Below, in pieces: positions 24,288 to 38,014 of a stretch of 64,000 bases of DNA. Under the pieces are notes generated by a model that saw nothing but the letters and a program-made list of their open reading frames with translations, was not told the origin of the DNA and did no database searches. The translations under genes and the position numbers were made by a program. Numbering within the stretch: position 1 is the first letter of the stretch; the number at the start of each line of letters is the position of its first letter. This DNA is from Malacoraja senta. Taxonomy: Eukaryota. The stretch spans positions 9,798,001 to 9,862,000 of the forward strand of contig CM075991.1 in NCBI GenBank assembly GCA_038087875.1. The letters run 5' to 3'.

Positions 24288-24711
24288 ACCTGCAGTAAGT
24301 CCCCTACCTCGCAGGCTTGTGTAACTGGAGGCCAGTTTGATCATGTTCTCTGAGTCCATATACATTGAACATGGATCATCCTGGCCTGTACTCTCTTGTA
24401 AATAAAGCCAAAGCCTGCAAATAACTTGTGGCAAGTTCCAATTAGAGTCATAGAATCATTCAGCATCCGTCGGGTCTTCAACAACCATCAAGTACCCACT
24501 AACCAAAACACAAACTGTGCTGGAGGAACCCAATGGTCAGGCAGCATCTGTGGAGGGAAATGTACAGATGACATTTTGGGTCAGGACCCTCCCTCGAAAC
24601 ATTGTGTGTCCAATTCCTTCATGAGATGGCATGGTAGCGCGGTGGTAGAATTGCTGCCTTCCTGTGTTAGAGACCCGGGTTCGATCCTAACTACAGGTGC
24701 TGCCTGTGTTA

Positions 24712-25045
24712 ACTTATTTACACAAAGAGTGGTGGGTATATGGAACAAGGTGTTCAAGGAGGTGGTTGAGGCAGGTATTATCACAATGTTTAAAAAACAT
24801 TTGGACAGGTACATGGCTAGGATGTTTAGGGGAATATGGCCCAAACGCACAGGTGGAACTAGTGTGGATCGGACATGTTGGTCGGCGTGGGCAAGTTAGA
24901 CATGTCTCCATGCTGTCTGACTCTATGAACCTCTGTGTGAAAAAGTTGCCCCTCAGTTCCTAATAAATATTTCCCCTCTCACCTTAAACGTATGCCCTCA
25001 AGTTCTTGATTGGCCGACCCTAGGAAAAAGAATGTGCACATTCAC
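24712..25045. mobile_element. CR1-like fragment in two opposite-orientation pieces
   Basis: Plus-strand piece 24712-24929, minus-strand piece 24930-25045. Confidence 0.7.
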
Positions 25046-25742
25046 CTCAAGATGGGAGCCTGACGTACAAGAAACCAGCAGGGATTCAATGGGCCGAATG
25101 GTCGTCTTCTGCACAGAATTCCATAAATCTTATTTTTGTCAGCTTTGGTCACGGAATGTTACCAAAGGTTAATCAGAACTACTTGCCGACTGTGCTTTCC
25201 ATTGCTTCTCCATTAAAGGCTGGCAAGGCTTTGTGCCCTTCTGTGCCTGGACTCTGGGTTGGTGTCGCGAGTTGCTCGTTTGTCAAAAACCCATCTTCGG
25301 TTGACTCTCCCACTGGCCTGCACAAACACTGAAGCCCTCTCCATCCGAGCCGGTACTAATTAGCACAATCATTCTGATACCAGACTAACGACTATCAATT
25401 TGCCTTAATGCCATCTTGAACAGAACTCTCCAATTAGGAACAAACCTGTTCAGGGCTTCACTGTAATTATGGGCAAGCCATTTTCATCGTGTGTGAACAA
25501 GCAGCATATGATGCATTTACAGAAAATCTGTGTTTGACTGTTTCGCAACTGTTAAGAGCACATCTGAAAAAATAGAAGGCGGCTGAGATGATAAAATCAA
25601 TAGCACCATATAATCTATCCGGTAGAGTGAAAACTCACCAGATGAAGCAGGGATGGGGGAGATTAAAGCCACAGGGTAAGTTTACAACTCACAACACAAG
25701 AAGGGTCTTTTAGTTGAAAGAAAAGCCACTTCACACTTTGGA

Positions 25743-26661
25743 AAAATACACCCTGTTAGTAAAATCTTGTCCTGGAATTTTATTTTATTTTGTGAGAGGT
25801 AACATATTTGCCATGTGATGGTTATTGGTGTGTTTACTTAAACCACGGAGGCACAAGAGACAGCAGAGGCTGGAATCTGCTGTCCATTTTGTGCTGGAAA
25901 GAACTGCAGATGCTGGTTTAAATCGAAGATAGACACAAAATGCAGGAGTAGATAAAACTGGAGTAGATAGAGCTCTTAAAGATAGCGGAGTTAGGGGATA
26001 TGGGGAATAGGCAGGAACGGGGTACTGATTTTGGATGATCAGCCGTGATCACATTGAATGGCGGTGCTGGCTCGAAGGGCCGAATGGCCTACTCCTGCAC
26101 CTATTGTCTATTGTCTATTGTAACTCAGTGGGACAGACAGCATCTCTGGAGAGAAAGAATGGGTGACGTTTTGGGTCAGACCCTTCTTCAGACTGTTTAG
26201 TTTATTGTCACGTGTACCGAGGTACAGTGAAAAGCTTTTGTTGCGTGCTATCCAGTCAGCAGAAAGACCATACACGATTACAATCGAGCCATTACAATGT
26301 ACATGACAAGGGAATAACGTTTAGTGCAAGGTTAAGCCAGCAAAGTCCGATCAAGGAAAGTCCGAGGATCTTGAATAAAAAAACAAACGGCTGATGGAAC
26401 TCAGCAAGTCAGGCAGCATCTGTGGAGAGGAGTGGACAGATGGGTGAGGATCCTTCAGACTTGCCTGAAGAAAGATCCTAAGCCGAAACATTGTCTGTCA
26501 ATTTCTCTCCATAGATGCTGCCCGGCCCGCTGAGATCACCCAGCAGTTTGTTTGACTGCTGTTAAACCTTTCCTCGATTTCAGTATTTGTTAAAATACAC
26601 TCTGTTAGCAAAATCTTGTCCCGGAATTTTATTTTGTTTTTTGTGAGAAGTAACATATTTG
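25743..26661 (+). repeat. ~70-bp imperfect direct repeat (25743-25810 and 26592-26661) flanking a TE cluster
   Basis: aaaatacac(c/t)ctgttag(t/c)aaaatcttgtcc(t/c)ggaattttatttt...gtaacatatttg occurs twice. Confidence 0.85.
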
Positions 26662-27046
26662 TATCTGTTGTAAACAAGTAACCGCTGTTTGAGGTTGTTC
26701 TGCAGAAAACTTTGGTTCATTGTGCACCCGACCGGGTGTACAGATTACTCAGCTGAGATCATGTGTATATTACATGTCCGGTATATCGCACTATCATACA
26801 TCATTAAAGGGTGGCACAGTGGCACAGCTGGTAGAGCCGAAAACCTCACAGATCCAGCCATCCGTGTTCAACCACCACCTCAGATGTTGTCTACAAGGAG
26901 TTTGCACGTTCTCCCTGTTGCTGCGTGGGTTTCCTTTGTGCACTCCAGCTTCCTCCCATTTCCCAATGACATGCCGGTTATTAGTTTAATTGGCTACTGC
27001 AAAGTGTTTCGAGTGCGTAGGTGAGTAGTCAAATCTGGGATTGAGT

Positions 27047-27262
27047 TAGACAATAGACAATAGACAATAGGTGCAGGAGTAGGCCATTTGGCCCTTCGTG
27101 CCAGCACCACCATTCAATGTGATCATGGCTGATCATCCCCAATCAGTACCCCGTTCCTGCCTTCTCCCCATATCCCCTATTTTTAAGAGCCCTATCTAGC
27201 TCTCTCTTGAAAGCATCTGGAGAACCTGCCTCCACCGCCCTCTGAGGCAGAGAATTCCACAG
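27047..27262 (-). mobile_element. CR1-like 3' end
   Basis: (AGACAAT)n tail on the plus strand and LINE C-terminus on the minus strand. Confidence 0.85.
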
Positions 27263-28397
27263 TTGATGGGAAGGTTGATGGGAATGTGGGGAGAATTGAA
27301 TGGGATTAGCTAGCACGGATGGTGTTCAGGTTTAGAGATACAGCACTGAAACAGGCTCTTCGGCCCATCCAGTCCACGTCCGTGGTGTGTGATGGCACAC
27401 ACTCGGTGTATGACACCCTCCAACGCACACACATGTACAAATACACATATCTTGTGTGTATATGTTTTTCACATCACAGATTATGCATGTATTCTGCGGA
27501 TTTGATGAAGATATTCAGATACCAATCCACTCTTTCCTTGAAAGCCCGTCTTTTAAGTAATGCACAATAGTGAATAAGCAGAACCTATCACAGAAAATAT
27601 TGAAGGTACGCGGCAGGTGAGGCAGCATTTGTGGAAAGAGAAACAGATTTAAAGATTTATGTTATTGACTTTAATCAAGCTGAATGTGAACTATTTCTCT
27701 CTCAATGGGTGCTGTCAATATATATATTATATGTATATATATATTTATACACACATACACATACAGAACTTTTTTTTCTCGTTTATTATATAGTTTACAG
27801 TGTACTATGTTTACATATTCTGTTGCGCTGCTGCAAGTAAGAATTTCATTGTTCTGCCTGTGACATATGACAATAAAACACTCTTGACTCATGGACAGTG
27901 GGTCGAGCGAGAATGGTGACGTACAGTGTATATATACTCCGTGTGCGAATTCCCCTCTCTGAATTTTTTTGTCTATCTTTACAATGTGCAGTCAATACTT
28001 TGCTTGTTGTGGGGAGGTGAGGTGGAATTGTGCGGATGTAACTTTAGAGAGCTTTGCATTGAGAGCGACCTGACTGAACACAAACCAATCTCCAAGCACA
28101 TTCCCGGCCAGCTGTCTCCCAGCCTCTGTGCAGAAGTATTTAAATGTGCATCTGTCTATCTCCACTGAAGCCCCTGGCTCCGCTCACTGCCAGCAGCAAG
28201 ACGCTGAGTTGAGCCATTATTATTTCATCTCCATTTTCCCCATGCTTGGCTTTCCGCTCAGCTCATCATGGGTCTCGGGGCCCGAGTGATATCAAGCAGC
28301 TGCCAAAAACGCACTGCGGTTCCAACCAAGTGGCCAGGCCGCAGCCTCAGTGAGCTCCGAGCCTCCTGAAGGAAGCGGAGAGGATATCTCTGCGCGG

Positions 28398-28528
28398 GTA
28401 GGAACTGCAGATGCTAGTTTGAAACGAAGATAGACACAAAAAGCTGGAGTGGGAAGATTCATCGGGACAGGCAGCACCTCTGGAGGGAAGGAATGGGTGA
28501 CGTTTCGGGTCGAGACCCTTCTTCAGAT
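28398..28528 (-). mobile_element. Penelope-derived hammerhead element
   Basis: gggtgacgtttcgggtcgagacccttcttcaga. Confidence 0.8.
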
Positions 28529-29326
28529 ATCTTCTTCGGATATCTCTCCTCCCTCCTCTCTGAGCTGGTGACCCCCTGGTGGATACTGACCCTCACCCGA
28601 GAATTCGGCAACAACACGCCACATGCCAGTCGGCCCATCGAGTGTGTGCTGTCTCATTCAATGGGCAAGCCATTTGCTTTCACTCACCAGCTCTACCCTC
28701 GTTCCTCTGCTTTAATTTTTTTACGTCCAGTGCCTATTTATTGCTTTGTGAAGGGTGGTAAAGCCATTTTCATCATCTGATGCAAAGTATTCTAAATCAC
28801 GTGGGGGAAAAAATAATCCTCAATTTACCTATGGTTTTCCGACCATTTTATAAAGTTTTTGACTATTCTTGTCCAAATTATTTGTCTGTGTGTTTTTTAT
28901 ATATACTGAACATTTTCATTCTGGGTTTTACAGAGTATTATGTTTACATACCTCTTGTGCTGCTGCAAGTCAGAATGTCATCATTCCTTTTTGGGACATA
29001 GGATAATAGGTGACTCTTGAATCAGTCACCAATTTGTGATCTTTGATTTCTGAAGTTATTTCTCTTAATGTGTCTAAACCCTTTGATTGGGCTACTCAGC
29101 CAGGAAGGCTTGATGTTCCAAGTCAGGTCCTTCTTCTCAATGGATCCTGAAATATGCATGACACAATAATCGCGATAAGGAAGTCTAGCCAGTCTTGCCC
29201 CAATCCAATCCACTTCTTGAACTAAACACAATAGATTCCCCACTAACTTGGCTGAGAGCAGCTGGCAACTTTTGCAAACAGGCATCTTCTGGTCCAAAGT
29301 GCAAAACCACAGCTAACTGTGCGGCA

Positions 29327-29598
29327 TTTAGTTTATAGTCAGAGATTTTATAGCATGCAAACAGGCCCTTCGGCAAACCAAGTCCACGCTGACCACGATC
29401 ACCCCGTACACTAGTTTACAGAAGCCAATTAACCTACACACCGGTACGTCTTTGAAATGTGGGAGGAAACCAGAGCAACTGGAGAAAACCCACGTGGTCA
29501 CGGGGAGAACGTACAAACTCCACACAGACAGCACCCGTAGTCAGGATCGAACCCGGGTGTCTCGCGCTGTAAGGCAACGACTCTACCGCTGCTCCACC
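29327..29598 (-). mobile_element. V-SINE (HE1-like)
   Basis: Tail, V-domain and tRNA head. Confidence 0.85.
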
Positions 29599-29679
29599 GA
29601 TGTTTGAGAGAAAATTAAGACATGGTAACTTTTGGATTTACCAAGGCCCACCCATCATAGCCGGATATATTTGCCCCAA

Positions 29680-29889
29680 GATAGAAACAAAAAGCTGGAG
29701 TAACTCAGCGGAACAGGTAGCATCTCTGGAGAGAAGGAATGGGTGACGTTTGGGGTCGAGGCTGAGGAAGGGTCGAGACTGAAGAAACGTCACCCATTCC
29801 TTCTCTCCAGAGATGCTGCCTGTCCCGCTGAGTTACTCCAGCTTTTTGTGTCTATCTTCGGTTTAAACCAGCATCTGCAGTTCCTTGCT
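29680..29889. mobile_element. Palindromic Penelope-derived hammerhead element
   Basis: 15-bp TSD atatatttgccccaa at 29665-29679 and 29890-29904. Confidence 0.85.
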
Positions 29890-30619
29890 ATATATTTGCC
29901 CCAAACTAGGAATCGGCGCAATTTGTGATCTGCGCCAACTTTGCTCGGTCTTGCCACTGGGCAGCTTGAAGCAAACACCGCGGTGCTAGTGTGGCTGAGT
30001 AAGTTGGAAGCGTCGCTCGCTCGGGTCGATGAGCCAGGACTGCACAACAGATGGGGAGGCTGTGATCTCCAGCGACCACTGCAGCATTGCTGCTCAATCA
30101 CCATTGCCCGCCTCAGAGCCATCGACGACGCTGCTGCCACACTGCCAGCTCATTAACACTTTCAGCGCCAGACCCATGTCTGTCCCACTTCCACGGAAGA
30201 AATCAAATTGTGAAGTTGTTGGATTTATCAGACGCAAGCAGTTTGGCCTCCGAATGGAGAGACATGTTTTGTTTCTCTCTCTTTGGAATTTCGGCATGCT
30301 TTCCTCTATTCACAGGCTGATCTTTGTACTATGTTTACATATTCTGTTGTGCTGTTGCAAGTAAGAATTAGGGTCTCGACCTGAAACATCACCCATTCCT
30401 TCTCTCCAGAGATGCTGCATGTCCTGCTGAGTTACTCCAACATTTTGTGTTTATCTTTGATTTAAACCAGCATCTGCAGTTCCTTCCCACACATTTCCTG
30501 CATACCAGCATGTATTAGATGTAAAATGGAGGCAAAGATCAGGAGGGGGCGATCAAATTGGAGGAGCGTGCTGCACAATGTCTCTGGCTCACCGAGTGAA
30601 AGGGTGCTGGGGGTTGGTG

Positions 30620-31858
30620 CTCACTCACTCACACACTCACACACTCACACACTCACTCACTCACTCACACACTCACACACTCACACACTCACTCACACAC
30701 TCACACACTCACACACTCACACACTCACTCACTCACTCACACACTCACACACTCACACACTCACTCACACACTCACACACTCACTCACACACTCACACAC
30801 TCACACACTCACACACTCACTCACTCGCTCACACACTCACTCACTCGCTCACACACTCACTCACTCACTCACTCACACACTCACTCACTCACTCACTCAC
30901 ACACTCACACACTCACTCACACACTCACACACTCACTCACTCACTCACTCACACACTCACACACTCACACACTCACTCACACACTCACACACTCACACAC
31001 TCACTCACACACTCACACACTCACTCACACACTCACACACTCACTCACACACTCACTCACTCACTCACACACTCACTCACACACTCACACACTCACACAC
31101 TCACTCACACACTCACACACTCACTCACACACTCACACACTCACTCACACACTCACACACTCACTCACACACTCACACACTCACTCACACACTCACACAC
31201 TCACTCACACACTCACTCACTCACACACTCACACACTCACTCACACACTCACACACTCACACACTCACTCACACACTCACACACTCACTCACACACTCAC
31301 ACACTCACTCACACACTCACACACTCACTCACACACTCACACACTCACACACTCACTCACACACTCACACACTCACTCACACACTCACTCACACACTCAC
31401 ACACTCACACACTCACTCACACACTCACACACTCACACACTCACTCACACACTCACACACTCACTCACACACTCACACACTCACTCACACACTCACACAC
31501 TCACTCACTCACTCACTCACTCACTCACTCACACACTCACTCACACACTCACACACTCACACGCTCACACACTCACTCACACACTCACACACTCACACAC
31601 TCACACACTCACTCACTCACTCACACACTCACACACTCACTCACACACTCACACACTCACTCACTCACACACTCACTCACTCACACACTCGCACACTCTC
31701 ACACTCACGCTCATGCTCACACACACACACTCACACTCACGCTCATGCTCACACTCACTCACTCACACACTCACTCACACACACTCACTCACTCACTCAC
31801 ACACTCACACACTCACGCACTCACTCACGCACTCACTCACTCACTCACTCACTCACTC
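30620..31858. repeat. Compound (TCAC)/(TCACAC) microsatellite, ~1.2 kb
   Basis: Direct observation; explains the His/Thr/Ser/Leu ORFs. Confidence 0.95.
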
Positions 31859-32605
31859 TTAAGGTGGTCCTTCAAGCCTTTCCCTTTGACCAAGCTTTCG
31901 ATGGCCTCGTGCCAATCTCTTGATAAGCCACTAAGTTAAATTTGGTATAAAGACTGCTGTGACATGTTAACCGGGCTGAAGGTGCCAGATAGATTCAGGC
32001 CACAGTGGTTAGTTAGTGTGTGGAGTTTCCAATAGCCAGCTGACTGAGCCGGCACCCACTCTTGGTATTCACAGGATGTAGAGAGTGCAAGTGCATAGAC
32101 TGACAGCATCAACACTCAGCTTTCTGTTTCCACCCGAGCTTTACTAAGGAGAAACATGTTACATGTTTTGGATCATGGATGTGGCCGCCATGCTTGATGG
32201 TGGTGCTGCTGTTTTAATAACATCGCGGGCTTGTATATTGTTGCAATAAACTGTCAGTCTTCATAGGACAATAAAATATTTATTTTGCTGTAAAACCACA
32301 GCCCTTCATTGTCAATAGAGCAGTGAATGCACTCCAGGGAGCCGGGCAATATTGGAGAAAATATTGACAGAGAAGATGATTACACCACTTTGTTTCATTC
32401 ACGACCAGACAAATATCTCACTTGTTAGTTTTAGAGCTCTAATTGGGCATCAGAGTGGAGAGAAACTTTGTTAAGGAAGAAAATGCCCTCAGTGTTTATT
32501 GTGACACAGGCAGAGGCCATTCAGCCCTACAGGTCTCTGCTATCTCAGCAGAGAAATCCCATCCATCCTATATTCCCTTTCTTATTTTCCTGCAATGTAT
32601 TCATT

Positions 32606-32715
32606 TTCTCTCTCTCTCTCTCTCCCTCACTCCCTCTCCCTCTCCCTCTCTCTCCCTCTCTCCCCCTCTCCCTCTCTCCCTCTCTCCCTCTCTCCCTCTC
32701 TCCCTCTCTCCCTCT

Positions 32716-32776
<61 letters not shown>

Positions 32777-33130
32777 TCTCCCTCTCTCCCTCTCCCTCTC
32801 TCCCTCTCTCCCTCTCTCCCTCTCTCCCTCTCTCCCTCTCTCCCTCTCTCCCTCTCTCCCTCCCCCCTCCCTCTCCCTCTCCCATTCCCTCTCCCTCTCC
32901 CCCTCCCCCTCCCCCCCTCTCCCCCTCTCTCCCTCTCTCCCTCTCTCCCTCTCTCCCTCTCTCCCTCTCTCCCTCTCTCCCTCTCCCTCTCCCTCTCCCT
33001 CTCCCTCTCCCTCTCCCTCCCTCTCTCCTTCTCTCTCTCTCTCCCTCACCCCCCTCTCCCCTTCCCTCCCTATCTCCCCCCTCTCCCTCTCATATGTTTC
33101 TCTCTTTTTCCCTCACACACACACACACAC
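32606..33130. repeat. Polypyrimidine (CT)n/(CCCTCTCT)n microsatellite
   Basis: Direct observation. Confidence 0.95.
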
Positions 33131-35039
33131 AAATCTCCATCAACCCTCCTTTTAACTATTTTATCACATGCATATTAAGGCATAATTTGTAGCAGTAGTT
33201 GAGGAAAGCTCCTCCAACAGAACCTCAGCCTTGATCCTGTACAAAACCAACCTTCATTTCTGTAGGTCCTTTTACATGTTGTGTCCCAACAGCCTGTATA
33301 ATGTGCAGCATGTAACTCACTCCAGTCTGTCCATCGTTCGATGCGGAGCTTCCTGCAGTCAGTATATTCTCCCATGTCCAATTCCAGTCTGCGTTACAAT
33401 TTGTCTGTTGTCCTAATCTTGCACTGAAGCTTGTTTAAGTGTTATACACTCCAGTGTGAGCATTACCCTGTGCGTAAATCGCTCCATTCCGAATTTTATC
33501 CTGCATGTGACTTATTCCAGTCTGTGTATTGTCTTTTGTCATGAGTCAAGAACATTTTATTGTCATATGTCAACAATTAAAATCTTAGTTGCAGCAGCAC
33601 AACAAATACAATCTGATAGATGCCACCCCCCCCCCCCCCCCTCCTGCCTCCAGATGCAATTCGAAGCGTAGCTGCTCCTGAACCTGGGTGTTACAGTTTC
33701 CACACACTAGCTTGTCCATTATCTTGTACTGTAGACGGCCAACTCCAGCCTGCATGTTGTTCTGTATTCTGTAGAAGGGTCTCGACCCGAAACGTCACCC
33801 GTTCCATCTCTCCAACAGACTCAGCCTGTCCCGCTGAGTGACTCCAGCATTTTGTGTCCAACCCCTCTCTGTGTTGTTCTGGTTTAAATGAATCTGAATA
33901 TGAATGCACTAATCTGTATATTATCCATTCATGTGTGTGCCTCGCCCCTGTGTGAAAGGCAATCCCGCTTGCATAAGATAAGGTTGAGGTTTATTATGGT
34001 CACTTGGACCGAGGTGCAGTGAAAAGCTTTGTTTTGCAAACAAATCAGACGTGCCGTACATAAATGTCCGCATGAGATCATGCAACACGCACCAGGCTGA
34101 TCCTGTGTCCATGCGTTCCAGCTTCCGTCCAGCCCTACTCGCAACTCCCCCTCCCACGCAGCGCGTTCTTCTCAGTAAATCACAAAACGCATCAACTTGT
34201 AATTGAATTAAAGGGAAGACCTGGAAGCCTTTGTCACCAGTCCCGAGGTCTAACCTCCAGGCAGGCCTACGCAGGGCGATCAATATAGAGGCGCGTTTAT
34301 ATTAAGAAATGGCAAAATAGATTTTTAAGGTCAGCGTTGACACCTTCCCTCATAGCTCAACCAGGCAGAGGTCATCAAATATGAAGCAACTGGACTGCCA
34401 GTAAGTAATATTCTGCCTGTGAACAGCAATGCGGGCTCTGCGCGTTTGGCTTTAAAACAATGTGGACAACCTTCAATCCCAGTCAATAGCAAACAGATTG
34501 ATTTTTACACTGATCCCACAATTGCCTAATTGATGGTGGATCCATGTGGCCACAGCCTCCCAGCTTTATGGAGATCATGAATTAAATATGGTGAACTCTC
34601 CACTGGGGGTGCTTGTCCGCAAAAGAAAGATTGGGCAATATTTCCCTTAAAGACTTCATACAGTGTAACGAGTGCAGGAGAGACGGAATAAAAATAAAAT
34701 TCATCCATCACCCTTTATTAAGTGTGAGCGGCACACCATCAGGTTGTATAGATTCCCTTTCTTTCTTTTAAATTGGTCCAGATGTGACAGGACAGTGACG
34801 TTAATTTTACAGTCAAATCGTATTTTATTCTATCTCTCCTCTCGCCGACGTGTCGAATGTTTCAGCCCGGGTTCTGTTTAAACGCAGTCTGCGAGTTTCT
34901 TCTGAAGCTGTTGGTGTCTTGCTGGGTTGCCACTTCACACCACTCATCTGCCCATTTGGACACTGATCCAGATAACCTGTGTTTCCTTTCATGCTAACAT
35001 TCAGCTTGAGCAAGCACTTAGGACGGCAAGTGGTATAGA

Positions 35040-35265
35040 GTCGGAGAGTCGTACAGCGTGGAAACAGGCCCTTCGGCCCAACTTGCCCCTGCTAACCAAA
35101 CATGTCCCATCTACGCTAGTCCCACCTGCCTGCGTTTGGCTCATATCCCTCTAAACCTATCCTATCCAAGTACCTGTCCAAATGTTTCTTAAGCGTTGTG
35201 ATAGTACGTGATTCAACTACCTCCTCCGGCAGCTTGTTCTATACACCCGCCACCCTCTGTGTAAA
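35040..35265 (-). mobile_element. CR1-like 3' end (subfamily sharing the SINE tail)
   Basis: cagcgtggaaacaggcccttcggcccaacttgccc. Confidence 0.8.
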
Positions 35266-37124
35266 AAAAGTGGTACGTTGGTGTTCAATGTGAGGGAGAG
35301 AGAGAGAAGGTACGAAATAGAGAATGTGGCTTTAAGCATGGAAATCAACCCTTCTGTCCTTTGGTCTTGAGATTGCTCATCCCACCCCCCCCCGCCCCCC
35401 CCCCCCCACTTCACCCATTTTATTTCTCCCCCACATTCCCATCAACTCCTTCCAGATCCCACCACCCAACTACAGACTTGGCACCATTCATAAAGGCCAG
35501 CGAATCATCCCAATCCACCTCTCTTTGTGATGAGGGCGGAAAGCCGAGCACTCGGAGGAAACCCAGGCTTTCAGAGTGAGATAGTGAAAACTCCACACTG
35601 ACAGCACCGGATGTCAGGATCGAACCTGGGCCTCTGAAGGAGTGGCAACTCTACTAGTTGCCCCACTGTGCCACCCAAACCCACAATAATTGCAGGGGAG
35701 AATTACCCCCAGGAGAAAAGTTGAGCAGGGTAGCGCCTACGTTCTCTGGTGTTTTGAAGACTGAGGAGAGATTTCTTTTGGAAGTCCACAAGCCTCTCAA
35801 AGGGAATAAAAGGGATGATTTAGGTTGAGGTTTTGGTTTAATATTGTCACCTGAACCGAGTACAGTGAAAAAGCTTTGATTTGCATGTTATCAGTTGTAC
35901 CATACATAGATACAATCCAGTCAAAAGTACAATAGATCAAGGATAGTGTTCAGTGAAGATTACCAAATCTCATTGTACCTTTGTGCAATGACAATATAAG
36001 ATATTATTATTATTATTATTATTATATTATTATTAATATTAGTTGGGGTAAAGAGGAAGATACAGAGTGCAGAATATAGTTCTCAACATTGTGGTGTATC
36101 AGTTCATAGACAAAGTCCAATATCCACAATGGGGTAGAGATGAATCGGGTAGTCGACATACCTTGGGACACAGAAGGAAAACTCTATGAAGAAGGGTCCC
36201 AACTCGAAACGTCTTCCATCCATTCTTCCAGAGATGCTGCCTTACTCGCTGAGTTACTCCAGTTTACTGAAATCCGATAGTACCCAAGCCCAATGCATGG
36301 TAGACGGCTCAGTCTCCAACCTAGAGGCCAGTGGGTCAGGAAAAGGCAGGCACTATTTTTATGTGGAAGGTTATAAACATTTTTGTTCTGGATGCCTGTG
36401 GTCAATGAGTATGCGTGGGGCGACGATTAGAGGTTATAAAACACATAAGAATCAAAGAAAATTGGGATTAGAATCTCAAAAGTATTCTGTTGAATACAGG
36501 ATTTGGTCCAGGGCCTAGTTCTGCATTGGCAGGCTCTCAGCTTCAGTTTGGTTTTGGGCAAGTGGTGTGGGATTCGGGGTGGGGAACTAATTTAATAACG
36601 ACATCACACTGCTCTCCAAATGGCACCAAATGTCTATTCACAAGTGCATAACGTGGACTTACTAAAAAACTCATTTTCATTTTGGTTTAAGTTTTCCAAT
36701 GTGTTCTAAATACGGAGATGTAAATAGATCTTCTTATCAAGTCCACACACAAGATTAGAAGTTGTTCAGCCAGAGCTGAACACACTTCTCGGCATCTGCG
36801 TATAATGGTGTCTGTCTTGTGGCTTCTTGTGCTTGGTGGTGGAAAGATTGGTGGAAACATGGCCGCGACGTGAACGCTCTTTCCTAGACCCCATTTAAAT
36901 AGATTAGAGCAGCTAGTGTGCTTGAGATAGTTGCATTTACCTTTGGTCTTAGGTGGGTTGAAGTACACTTGAGTTTGTCTCAATTTGGGACATGGTGTGG
37001 AATTTGGAGCCTCTGCCAAGAAGGCATACACGTTGATAATTGCCAGATCAGCATTGTGCGGGGCATTTCCCACCTGTGTTTCCATCGGGCAGTGGTGAAT
37101 GGGGAGAAAGAGAGAAGCACTTAG

Positions 37125-37560
37125 TCAGAGTGGAAACAGGTCCTTCGGATCAACAATTCCCCACACCGACCAAACATGTCACTCTACACTAGTCCCACCT
37201 GCCTGCGTTTGGACCATATCCCTCTAAACATACCCTATCCATGTACCTGTCTAAATGTTTCTTAACGTTGCGATTGTACCTGCCGCAACTACCTCCTCCA
37301 GCAGCTCGTTCCATACACCCACCACCCTTGGTGTGAAAAAGTTATGCCTCAGGTTCCCATTAAATCTTTCCCCCTTCAACATAAACCTATGTCCTCTGGT
37401 TCTCAATTCCTCTACTCTGTGATAGAGACCCTGTGTGTCTAGCCGATCTATTCCTCTCATGCTTTTGGACACCTCTATATGATCACCCCCTCATCCTCCT
37501 GCGCTCGAAGGAATAGAATCCTAGCTTGTTCACCCTCCCTCTATAGCTCAGGCCCTCGAG
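37125..37560 (-). mobile_element. CR1-like 3' fragment
   Basis: MRGIDRLD...RTRGHRF...NFFTPRVVGVWNEL. Confidence 0.85.
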
Positions 37561-37696
37561 GCCTGAACATCTGGTAACCAATTCCTTTTCAAAGGCCAAA
37601 AGTTTTGGAGGCTTGGTTAATTTCATGAAGTTGTCGTTTTTGCCATCAAACGCAATGCAGCAACATAGTATTTACTGCAGTGGCAACACGCTAGAC

Positions 37697-37998
37697 AGGG
37701 TGGCAGGGTGGCGCAGCGGTAGAGTTGCTGCCTTACAGCGCCAGAGACCCGGGTTCGATCATGACCTCAGGTGCTGTCTGTATGGACTTGTACGTTGTCC
37801 CCTTGACCTGCGTGGGTCTTCTACTGGAGTTCCGGTTTCCTCACACATTCCAAAGACGTATAGGTTGGTAGGTTAATTGGCTTCGCTATAATTGTCCCCC
37901 AGTGTGTGTAGGATAGTGTTAGTGTGCGGGGATCGCTGGTTAGAATGGCCTCGGTGGGCGGAAGGGCTGTTTCCGTGGTGTTTCTCTAAACTAAAACT
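37697..37998 (+). mobile_element. V-SINE (HE1-like)
   Basis: Full head, V-domain and tail. Confidence 0.9.
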
Positions 37999-38014
37999 AA
38001 CCGTTGACTCTTGA

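Noticed and set aside
30526..31939. 465-aa and 453-aa His/Thr/Ser/Leu ORFs
   Set aside because: Read-through of the TCAC/TCACAC microsatellite; no stop codons are possible by composition
32443..33192. Ser/Leu/Pro and Glu/Arg/Gly ORFs
   Set aside because: Translation of the CT-rich microsatellite
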